Below are positions 53,045-64,000 of a DNA stretch of 64,000 nucleotides, piece by piece. Source of the stretch: Callorhinchus milii (taxonomy: Eukaryota); assembly GCF_018977255.1 (NCBI RefSeq), contig NW_024704742.1, positions 35,714,001-35,778,000 on the forward strand. The letters run 5' to 3'. The notes beneath the pieces were generated by a model that was given only the letters and a program-made list of their open reading frames with translations, did no database searches and had not been told where the DNA came from. Position numbers and translations under genes: made by a program. How positions within the stretch are numbered: position 1 is the stretch's first letter; each line of letters begins with the position of its first letter.

Positions 53045-53205
53045 TATCCACTGGAATGAAATTGAGACTGGCTAGGCCCATTTCATATGGGACTCTTACA
53101 ACTGGAGAGAGAGGAGGTATGTTTCAAATCAGTTTGGACCGAATTTGAGCCCAAGTCCCTGAAGTGACAAGACCTTGTGCCAATCCAAAGCACTGATCAT
53201 TCCTC
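53045..53205 (-). mobile_element. LF-SINE-like fragment
   Basis: Homologous to 32620-32780 (cccatttcatatgggactcttacaactggagagagagg). Confidence 0.5.
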
Positions 53206-54379
53206 TTTATGATGTGTTTTGAAAGTGTAGAGAGATGAATATGCTTTCTGGTGATGTGATTTTATAATAATATTCTGAATGTCTGTTCTCATTGTTTCGG
53301 GTTGTGGAGAAAGATCCATGTTGAGGAAGGAACTGTGTGTTGCAAGGCTGTGCTGTTTTGAGGAATAACTGGAGAGTGAATCAAAACTACTTTGCCCTGC
53401 CTCGGGGAACCAGAGTTACCTCTAGGGACCAGAAACAAGTGCAAGCTACTGCATTTCGTAGTCAGTGGAATAGAAAAAATACAATGAGTACAACATGAGA
53501 ACAAGAGGAATAAGGAAAGAGGAGAACATGAAAACAAGATCAATTTGATGGGTTTTGTCTTGCAGTGAACCTACAAACTGACAGCTAGCTAAGACAGTCA
53601 TTGTTGCTGTGGAAATATATTACAGAAACAATTGTCTACTGTAACTGGACTATGGTGGACGAAGGGTGAAGAGAAATATGCTACTTCTTTTTTTTGACAT
53701 ATGTTGCAAAATGGTTGGGTACTAATAAGGTAGCCCCTACTATTTATTTTCTGTTTTGTATTGGAGAAAGTTTTCTTATTTATATTTCTTTAATATTACT
53801 CATAAACTATCACAAAACAGAAGCTAAGCCTCTTTTATAAGTGGCAGATATATATATCAGAGTGTTGCTTGGGTTAGAGTGTGGATCAAATTCAGTGTAT
53901 ATGATTTCAGGTCTATAAACTTATACATATCTTGGTTTAGAACTAGTTGGAAACAGGAATACAAAATATTACTGTACTTAGTCTTCAAATCAGAAACATC
54001 TTGACTGACATTTCCTCTCAGGGGATGTAAGTTTCCAGAATTTCAGCCAAACTTACTTTGACAGGTAGTGAAGAGGGAATGGAGAAAAATTTGTGTACTT
54101 TGCGACTGCATATTCTGATCAAGGATTACACAATCATGCTCTAAGTGGGCTGTCTGCCCTCTTGATTATAGGAGATGTGATAGGCCTTAGAGAAGGTGAG
54201 AGGTGAATAAATGTAGAACCCTGCGTTCCACATATTTCTTCAGTTGAAATCTGCATCAATTCATAATCTATTTGATATGATAATTATTATGGAACACTGC
54301 AAGTTTTGCCCTATTCCATGTTACCAATATTTACATTTGAAGGAAAGTTTTGCTCTATCAGCCAGCTGGACTGAGAGGT

Positions 54380-54600
54380 TAAAATGATTATTAAGACATT
54401 CATAAGCTGTGGGAACCCATTAATGTTTCCTTTCTGGAAGGGCGTTTTAGATAGCATCACTAAGATAGGAACAGCAGTTATGCTTCAGAACACCTCATTA
54501 TGGATTTTAGGAGATCCTGGAGCTTTTTATTACCTCTTGGGGAAGTCCAATAGGTACAGTGTTACTCATACAATTGTTGTAAAAGGTCATTGTAAACTGG
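54380..54600 (+). mobile_element. Possible L1/Tx1 ORF2 C-terminal remnant
   Basis: PFWKGVLDSITKI...LWILGD resembles the post-zinc-knuckle region of fish L1 ORF2. Confidence 0.4.
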
Positions 54601-57600
54601 TGCAAATCCCAAACTTTCTTGAAAATGTGTCATGGAAATTTAAAAGTAAACTTAAAATTTCTGATTGAATTCCTACAGGACATTATTTGTCAAAAGTTAT
54701 CAAAGACTAAACTAAAGATTTTCTTGAGCAATGTCAATCATAAAGAAGTGAGCTGGTGATAAAGAGTTCCTGAGAAAATGAAATTGCATGGCACTAGTTA
54801 GATGATTTAAATCATGGCCAACAATCTCCCAGGTAAAATTAATTGGTCATTCACTTCATGGCTGTTTGTGATACATTGCAATCCGCAAAATTGGCTGCCG
54901 TGTCAGCCTACAAAACACAGTCACTATACGTTACAGTAAGTCCTGTGAATGCTTTGAGAGTGAAAGTAATACCATTTAACATAAAAGGGAATAATCCTTG
55001 CATTTAACATATCTTTCTTTTCGGGTTAAATGCAAGAATTAGTATTACATTATATTAATATTATGAGCATATCCAAGACACAATTATCCTTTGATCTTGA
55101 ACTCATAACATTTTGGGGAAAATAATGAAGAAAGAAAATGCTGGAAATGCACAGCAGATTGATCAACATTTGAGAAAGAAACCCAGTTTTGATGAAGGCT
55201 CACCCTGAAATTTTAAACTGGTTTTGATGTTATGAATTGATTCATAGTACATTTTTTCTTTGTTTTTATTTCTGATTCTCAAAATTAGCAGTCTTTGTAA
55301 TTCTGCTGCTTACATTATATGGACACAAAAGAAAATAATTTTAGACCCAGTTAGAAAACACTTTTTTGAACAGAAGTTGATTGGAATATAGAATTTGATC
55401 AACAGTATTTGTTTTGTTACAAGTGGGGGATTTGGGGCTCAAAATTATTCCTAGCCACAGGTGCAACATTTTGACCCTGCTCCACCAGATACTGGTCTAA
55501 AATTAAGATTATTTCAAAATTAATTACAATTAACTTCATGGCTGTTTGTGGGACATATCTGTGCACAAAATGGCTGCCACAACACACACAATCACTTCAC
55601 TATACAACGTATCCTGTGAAGTGCTGTGGGACATCCTTCTGGCATAAAGGGCACTATTTACAATGAGTATTATTTATTATTCTAAAATTAAAACTTAAAA
55701 CACTCTTCTGTGGCCTGGAATAACATCAATTGCAATGATTGTTAATAAAAAATATGAAGATGTTCTGATTCTGAAAATACACAAGGGAGAAACTATTCTT
55801 CACTTTCCCAATAAATTAGAGTCATAAAATAATGGCCAATGGCTTTATGTAATTAATGATAGAAGGTTAGAGCCACTTTTACCCAAACCCGTCAGATACA
55901 TTTTTATTCTCTGGATTTCCTTATTTCTGAAAAATGTTCCCACATGCACATTTAAGTTCCGTATTATTAACAACAGGCTAATTTTCTTAGTTGCAAACAA
56001 TAGAGCTCATTGTATAAAATATGCTCTCAGTATATTTTATTTATTAGAATGGTTTATGCAAATATAGCATGTAGCTGATAGAGGTTGATCCCATTAAACA
56101 TTAGAGCGGCAATGGAGCTGTGTTCACTGAAGGCTGCTGGTAACTATTTGAAGCATTAGTGCCAATGTTTTGTCAGGTGTGAGTGCCTCACTGTAGGTCC
56201 AGGCTGTGTAACCATAGTGTTCAAGTGCCAGCCCAAGAGTACATGCTGCTACATACACAAACCTTTGCTTCCATTATTCAAGTATGTTCATAGTTATACT
56301 TTGGATTATAATTTGTTCATATTTCCATTATTTTTCTGGTTTCGTAGATTATATTAATTTGTTATCAATTGCTTCATTTTGTGCTTTTTGTAAAGCATTT
56401 TCTTTCCAACAAAATATTCAGTTAAATTGTACCAAAAACATTTTTGTTGTGTTTAGAAAAGCTGAATATTTACCAACTCAAGCAAATGATTTTAAACAAG
56501 ATAAAGATTTGTACCTTAACCTTTTGCTGTTATTTTCATTTTATTTAACGCAGATTATAATAACAGATTTAAGCCACTCTACTCTAGGATGTTGTGATTT
56601 TGGATGTGGAGTTCAAACAAAAGACATCCCTAGTATCATTAAAGTAAAAGACATTAATAATTCCAAGTTTTGAAATTTAATTTAAGGTGATGATAGCAAA
56701 TTTACTGAAATAATTTAATTTCCATTGATTGAATGTAGATTTTTCTATTAGGAAGTGCTTTGAGTTCTACAAGTGATGTTTACTTTTTTTATTTATTTTT
56801 ACCTAATTTTATAAGAGGTGCATATATAACATATTTTATGGTAGTCTGATTAATATTTTTACATTCATCAAACTATAAGTATATGTTATAAGGCAATTTT
56901 GTCAAAAAGTGAAAGTATAACAATACTGTTTTGTCAATGTGGCAATAACAATATAAAACTGGGCTTACGGTTTCTTCCTGGTTTCACATCCATTGCTGAA
57001 GCAATGTGAAACTGATAATTGTATTTTTCTAGCCTTTGTAGACTTAGGGAACAAGGTGAGGAGAAGGATTCCATCCCCAGTCCATTCAATGTAATACATG
57101 TCACATGGACTGCAAATCTATTTAAAGCTTATCAATACGTTTTAGGATAAAAGATAAGATATTCCCTTGGCCTCCTCTTCTGCAATCTCTTATAATTACA
57201 GCTATCGGTTTAGTTGTCCTTCACTATACACTCACATTGCCAGGATATCTGCTGCAGCACAATGACTGTACTGAATTGTAGATTGTGCTTCACATTAGGT
57301 TGGTGATGTATTCTACTTTCTGTGACTTATGCTCTATTTCCTTAGCTAGATATTCAAGAGTCTGTTTACTCTCTTTAGTGCTGCAGTGCACTGAATGATT
57401 GTTTCAGCAATTACCAGTATTTCCCCTCCCAATTCCCTCTCTGTGTTGTGCCCTCTAGATTAGCACTACTTATCTAGTATTGTCAGTGTTTGTTCTACAC
57501 TCCCAAATTCATCACTCTGTAATTTATCCACATCTAATGACATTTGCTGCTTGTCAGCCCACCTCCCTATCTATTCAAATTCTTCTGTATTGGCCAATCT

Positions 57601-58206
57601 GTTCTGTGTTGATTGAATCTTCCCAGTTTGCAAGCAATAAAAAACATTTGATAGCTTTGTTTCTGTAGTTCAGTAAATGTGTTTTTAGAGTAGCTCGGAT
57701 ATTATCAAATTCACAAGGCAGCTTTGGATAGTGTAGGTTCTAATGCACAGATCAGGCTTAAAGTGTTCTGGCTTTCTTTAGTAACCAAATATAACGCCAG
57801 GTGCATCGCTAACTGTCAAGCAACTGGAATTAGAATCCTATATTTAGTTGTTTACACACAAAATGTTCAGTTTGAAGTCTGACAATTTCTCAAAATGTTC
57901 AGCTATATGCCCATGTTAATCGGTGTGTTAAAATATTTGCATAATTCTCACAAAGAAACACATAAGGAGTCCAAGTCCTTAGCTCCTCTCAATTTGGATG
58001 CTGTTCTACACAAGTAGCCTTTTTTGGAAAGGACATGGAATTTGACAAAATTAGAGTTGGTTTCTTCACAAAATAGTATTCAATGTTCATAACTGTCCCC
58101 TTGTTCACAGCAGATTACTTTAATTAGCTTCATATAAAGGATTTGATCGGATTCTCTGAAGCAAGTTTAAAACAAAACAGCAATTTATGTTATTTTTCTT
58201 TTGCAG

Positions 58207-58297
58207 AATATTGGCAAGTGCAGGAAAAGAGCTGAAGGATAATTTCCTGATAGAACTGGCACAGAGAGAGGAACCCAACCGTGTCGGGAAAATGACT
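58207..58297 (+). CDS. CFAP299: Internal coding exon (probably exon 3) of cilia- and flagella-associated protein 299 (C4orf22 orthologue)
   Basis: Polypyrimidine acceptor ttttcttttgcag, 91 nt, donor gtgagt. After one phase base it reads ILASAGKELKDNFLIELAQREEPNRVGKMT, matching recalled human CFAP299 TLTSAGKDLQDNFLTALAMREEDNRSGKLS. Too short for the ORF track. Confidence 0.93.
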
Positions 58298-60139
58298 GTG
58301 AGTGCATAACCAAGTATATAACCTGCTTGTAGATTTTTATTGGTGGAAAATGTACAAGGATTGATTTATACTCCCAACAGTGGCAGTCAGTCAGGGAGTT
58401 GTGTGTGAATATTGGAGTTTCCCTTGGAGACCAAAACAGTGCTTTCTACAGTTGAAAAGTATATCATATGTCATGTAATTGTCTTTAAGAGCTATCATAG
58501 TTTAGACCATTTCACAACGATGTGCAGGATGGTTCAGGTATGTTCAGTGAGCACTATTAACCCTTGAAGGATTTATAACAGCATTTTTACATTAAAAAAA
58601 CTCTATAATATTTCCCTACATGTTCAAAGTATTCTGTAAGTGAAAACAAAAGTTTATCCTCACATGTACTTAAATTTTAATCAAAAGACTTTTCACACAT
58701 ATACTTTTGGAACCATTACTTCATACAAAATGTATTTTTCCTTTAGCGTTCGTAATACACCCAATGTTAATAAAGGAATGATTTTTTTGTATGTGTTATT
58801 TTTAAGTTCCTTCATTTCATTTTTTTCACTGTTAGAGTTGCAGAGAATACCACCCACCTACTAGTAGCTACTCCAGTTGCTTGATATAGTACAATAACTG
58901 CAGTCATAATTCTGTAAATCAAATCCTTTTAATTTCAGACATGAAATTGATGGATTGAGAAGTCTGCGCGCTGCATATTGTGTAGGAACACTGATGCTAA
59001 AAGAGTTTGAATTAGAACTGTGCTTAAAAAAAATGGATTTTGATTGGAAAAACAAACAACAAAAAAAGTGATGGCCTTCCTATACCTGGACCTGAGGGAT
59101 TTATAATTACAAGATCAAATATGGCCCAGAGAAGGGATACTGGAACTTGTGGACACATATTTTCCCACTGAATGTTGACTATGTAAACAGATTCATGCAT
59201 AAGCCATTCTAACTTTTAGACTTATGTTATTGAAGTTGGTATAAAAGAACTGGTTACAACTTGTTCCTTTTCAAGGCTATTCAAAGAAACCACTGTAGCT
59301 GACATAGAAAACAGTGAATTAAGCAACTTCTAATGTACCTCTTCCTGTGTTTAAAACCTGCGGAAGAAAATATAGCACAGTATATGACTAACAATATTGT
59401 GCTGACAGCCTCCTTTTTTCCTTAACTATTTTCCAAGTCTTCTGAAGTGTTTCCTTTGATGAAAAAAGGCTGATTGTAGGAATGTTTATTTCATTTTCAA
59501 TTAACCCAAATTTGCCCCCATTTAATAAACCCACTACTGGAAAAAGTATGAGTCATACAGGTAATCTCATTTAAATGTTTGACAATTCTCATTTTGTGCA
59601 AACTCCACAAAGTATATCAAATCTTATTTACACAGGCAGCGAGGTGGTGGGCTGTCTTTAACCACTTCACTACCAGAACCCAAGGGAACTTTATTTTCCA
59701 TGTTTGCTTAATTTTTGGTTTTCTTTAAGCTTTCCAATTCAAGTATTTAGTTTGTGACTCAGTGGAACTTTATAGCTTCTATTTTGGTTCCATTAGTATT
59801 TTAATTGTCAAAAAAACATGCAGATAAATTAGTATGATATAAACCCTCCTTTTCATTGATTGAAGAAGGGAATGCAAAAGGATACCTGGATAGTGATACT
59901 AAAAGAAGGGAAGAGGAAATACCACCTTCCAATGTTAATGGGTATCCTAGTGGTATAAAATGCTGGTATCTCATAATGGGAGTATAGATTGTGGTGGAAC
60001 ATATCATGCAAGTAATAGCGAGTGCTGAATTTGTGCAAGAGTTTCTCATCTTACAAGATGTTAAGCATGAGGAGGGAGATTCTTTTCTGGGTCAACAGGA
60101 GAAACGGAAGATCAGATGGCAACTCAACACAAATATCTG

Positions 60140-60500
60140 CTTGGCTCAGTCCACAGCTCTCTTTCCTGTGGTCAGAAGATTGTGGGTTTAAGTTGCATGT
60201 CGGAACTTGAGCTCACAGGCTCCGCTGACATTCCAGTGCAATAATGGGGAAGTGCTGCATTGCTCGACGTGCCATTCCTCAGATGAGTTGCTAAATAAAA
60301 TCCCTTCTGCCCGTTTATGTAGCCATTAAATATCCCATGATACTATTTGAAAAGAGAACTAGTTTCTCCTAGCCAACAATTCTCCAGATAATATTGGTCA
60401 TTCACCTCATGTTATGTGCAAAATATCTGCTAGCAAAATCAATCACTACATATTTGGCAGTAATTAACTACAAAGTACTTTGAGACGCTTCAATGTTATA
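60140..60500 (+). mobile_element. SacSINE1-like SINE
   Basis: tggctcagt...gtcagaagattgtgggtttaag...gctgacattccagtgca...cccatgatactatttgaa. Confidence 0.7.
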
Positions 60501-61039
60501 GATGCTTTTGAGTACAAATTCTTTCTTTCTAGTAGTCTTGGTGCAGAACAGTATATACATGGAGAACAGATGGCATTCCCTTCCAAGCAATGTATGCATC
60601 ACAGGAAGACCAGAAGAAAGGAGAAAATAGCACCATAGGTCATGAATCAACTGAAGCTAACAGGGCAGGGTTTTTTGCACCTGATTATTACTTAGCAAGC
60701 CCTGTGTTTGAACATAGGATTGGAGTGGTTTCAGTTGTGGGAACCGGAATCAATTACGAGAGCCAGCATCATACTCTGCCTAAAACAGCAGAAAGGAGAA
60801 CATTGAAGTGAGAAAAAGAATACTATAAATTAAAAACAGTTGCAAAAAGTAACCACATTGACGCACAAACATGAACCAACATGGCATATTTAAGCCTGTT
60901 CCTTGCTGTTTCAGGCATTGACTTGCTGGGGGAGCCTGAGAGTGTAGTGGTAATACATATTTAACAATAGAGCCTGGAAATTGTACAGTTCTAATATAGA
61001 GCATAAGGAGATTTGAACAGTTTGAGTAAATGGCAGACA

Positions 61040-61500
61040 GAATAATAATAATCCCTGCATTTGATATAGCGCCTTATCACCATATTAAAAACATAGTTTT
61101 ATTAAAAGTACTCATTGTCCAGCGCCTTGGGACGTCCTCCCGATGTGAAAGGCACTATACAAATGTAATTTTGTTGTTGTTGTTATCACGAGACGTCTCA
61201 AAGCGCTTCACAGAATATGTTGTAAAGTGAATTGACTTTAAATTTTGTGGGCGAAACGTGGCAGCCAATTGCACACGGCAGTGTCCCACAAACAGTCATG
61301 GATTGAGTTACCAATTTTTTTAAGGGGATTATTTACCACCTGGAAAAGCGATCCGCCAATCGACTAACAACCGGGTTCCTACGTACTGCTAGGTTAACAG
61401 AGGAGTGTGGAGTAAGAAAGCTTGCCCAACGTTTTGTCCTGCCTGGGACTCAAATCCAGGTCATGTGAGGCAAGTACCCTAACAACTTTACAGATCTCCA
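61040..61500 (-). mobile_element. tRNA/Deu SINE interrupted by a + strand L2 tail (61081-61182)
   Basis: SINE head and tail both present; insert flanked by TTATCAC duplication. Confidence 0.9.
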
Positions 61501-62499
61501 CATCTACAGGAATCTGCTATGTATAAGTGTATATAGCAGATTCATAAGACAGGTGCATGTAGAATCCTGTAGCTTTTTTATGACATTAATCATAAAAAAA
61601 AATGACTGATGTCAACACTAAACTTATCCACTTGTTCTCCGGGTGGACGTTTTGAATGTGTCTTTGTCTCTGAATAGTTAAGCGAGCCCTATATGTTGGC
61701 TAGTCTTTATTACTCCTTAGACTGCAGCTTTGAGAAATTGGGGGACTGAAGGTCAAAATTATTAAAATGCTCATTGGTAGCAGCAATTAATTTTCCACAA
61801 TAGAGAAAGGAGGTATGCTGAAATCTAGCTGTAAATATGGTTTCATTGTACCTAGCATCAAAGTATGTCATACTATTCATTTCAAACCAGCTGTATTTTT
61901 CCTTAATGATCCTTCTAAATGCTGCCTTTAATGCATTAAAGAACCATCTTCACAGATGGTTTCCACGCGTGCCTCACTTAACAGCCCATTTGTTAATTTC
62001 TGTAACTGAGACAATCTGGTGACAGAGAAACTGCTTTACTTGGACTGTTGCCATTGAAAGTCTTCATTCCAAGACTCTCTTCTGCTTTCTTCTAAAGTAA
62101 TAATTCACATTAAAAAAAGTCTTTGTGTTTGTCATCACATGGAAGACAAAATGGTGTTTTTCTTTCACTTTAAATATGAATCTGCAGAAAGAAATATTGT
62201 CAGGATGCAACGTACTGAAAGATGAGTTAAATAACCAAATATGTACTCTGATCTCAATGTAAAATTAAATTACAATGAACAATTTTACTGCTATCTTGGA
62301 AAAGTGAACAAAACTGAAGATATCTTTTCCCCTCTCCTGAGCTACTGGAAAATCTATCTTTGGTGTGTCATTTAAGTGGGAAGCCCTGGGGTATAGACAT
62401 TTTTCTACATAATAATCTTTGTATTGATATTCAGGCTTTCACATCAGAAGGACGACTGAAAGTGCTCCACAGATATACTGAAAAATGGAATGACTGTAT

Positions 62500-62810
62500 G
62501 TTGTATGTAAGCACAGCAACCAATTTGTGGACAGCAATGTCCAACAAATAGATGAAGTGAATGACTGATTTAATTTAGGGGATTGTTGGCCAGACATTGG
62601 GAGAAATTTCCTTCTCTTTTCAAATAGTGTCATGGTATCTTTAGTATTCATCTCAACAAGCAGACGGGCTTTAATTTAATGTCTCATTTGAAGGACGGGA
62701 CACCCAACCTTGCGGCATAGCCCACCACTGCATTGGAGAGTCAGCCTAGAGTACATGGGTTCCAAGTTCCAACATAGGCTTGAACCTGTAACCTTCTGAC
62801 TCAGAGAGTA
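62500..62810 (-). mobile_element. SacSINE1-like SINE
   Basis: cttgaacctgtaaccttctgactcagag; cttttcaaatagtgtcatggtatcttt; Deu core. Confidence 0.72.
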
Positions 62811-63084
62811 CATGGGTCCTATCAACAATTATCTGTGTTGGAATTGAAAGAGTGGCACTACTTGGTTCTAATATTTTTTCTTCATTCTGTGCTGAATTTT
62901 GTTACGAATTGACTCCCATATAAGGTTGTATGAGATTACACTACTTACCTTGGTGTATCTTCAAGGAACTTTATTTATCTTTGTTTATATTTGCAAAATC
63001 ATCAAATTGCTACAAAACTCTTGTTGGAGTTACCTAAGCACAAGAGATCTATTCTCCATTCACATTTTTATAAGTTGCTATATG

Positions 63085-63317
63085 TTTTTTCACACAGCTA
63101 GTTGTTCAGATCTGGAATGCACTGCCTGAAAGGGTGGTTACAGCCGATTCGATAACAACTTTTAAGAAAGAAGTAGATAATTATTTGGGGAGGACAAGTT
63201 TGCAGGGCTATGGGGAGAGAGCGGGGGAGTGGGATTGAATTGGATAGCTCTTTTCAAAGAGCCGGTACAGACACGATGGGCCGAATGGCCTCCTTCTGTG
63301 ATGTATAATTCTATGAT
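63085..63317 (+). mobile_element. CR1 3' end
   Basis: FFTQLVVQIWNALPERVV; gatgggccgaatggcctccttctgtg; ttctatgat tail. Confidence 0.88.
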
Positions 63318-64000
63318 GTCTGAATTACTGAGTTAATATCATTGGTAATAATGATGTTCACATTACTTACACATTAGAGTTAAAAAAGTGCTTGTTGGAA
63401 AACGGCAAAATAAATGGTGCCTCAACCCTGGAAAAGGTGCCTAAAGACCTAACATACTCTCTGTGAAATTGGGGTATATTAGGTCTTTAACACCTGAGTG
63501 CTTGGCTCCAAGAACTCAATGGAGCTTTTTTAGTGGGTCATTGTGACATTAGATATAGGGTCATCATCATATCACTGGCTTCCCGTCTGAAATGCTGTAC
63601 ACTGTCCATGACGTGAAAGGCACTATACAAGTGTAATCTTGTTGTTGTTGTTGGATCCCTGCAGGAGATGCACTGTATGTCCCAAAGAGCCTTTTCTGGT
63701 GTTGAGACATTGAGACACCATTTACATTGAAAGATTTGAACCTTTTTGTAGGACTGCAGCAAGGAGTGAGCCTATTGTGGCCCCATTATAACACTAGTGC
63801 CATATGGAGTTAGGTGTAAATGAGCATGGAGAATAAGCAGCATTGTTTGCACCATGGTGTGAAAATATTCCCTTTTCTCCCTGGAGTCCTTGCACCATTT
63901 TTTTCTGCCCCAGTGAAAGAGTATTAAACAATCAATTACCACTAACTTTTATATTGGATATGCTGGTTCTCTTCCCTTTAGTTCCTTTGGCATCAATATG

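Noticed and set aside
1..64000. Short ORFs in the supplied track as host or novel genes
   Set aside because: They are frameshifted L2/CR1/mariner/APE fragments, their antisense frames, or chance ORFs in AT-rich DNA; none has gene structure.
1..64000. CRISPR array, prokaryotic operon or intact viral genes
   Set aside because: No regularly spaced repeat-spacer array and no long intact ORFs; the recurrent motifs are dispersed SINE/LINE tails.

Overview
Vertebrate nuclear DNA, most likely a cartilaginous fish; the L2/SINE repertoire suggests a holocephalan (chimaera/elephant-shark type), which is an inference. The only host coding sequence I can support is one 91-nt + strand exon (58207-58297, ILASAGKELKDNFLIELAQREEPNRVGKMT) matching CFAP299/C4orf22. 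The window is therefore about 58 kb of the upstream intron plus about 6 kb of the downstream intron. The rest is decayed transposons: L2 and CR1 LINE fragments, tRNA-derived Deu-domain SINEs with L2-like tails, SacSINE1-, LF-SINE- and AmnSINE2-like relics, and an internally deleted mariner. The supplied ORF track is TE debris or chance frames. Most notable: (1) an atypical APE-endonuclease LINE remnant (4131-5575) whose 5' region recurs about six times, sometimes fused to other elements' tails; (2) a ~0.5 kb AT-rich but CpG-retaining, foreign-looking decayed ORF (38765-39300); (3) fold-back rearrangements inside L2 copies; (4) inverted repeat pairs bracketing the exon; (5) candidate conserved non-coding elements. 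I found no intact novel gene system. Repeat boundaries are by eye (about +/-20-50 bp) and family names come from recalled consensus motifs, not searches.
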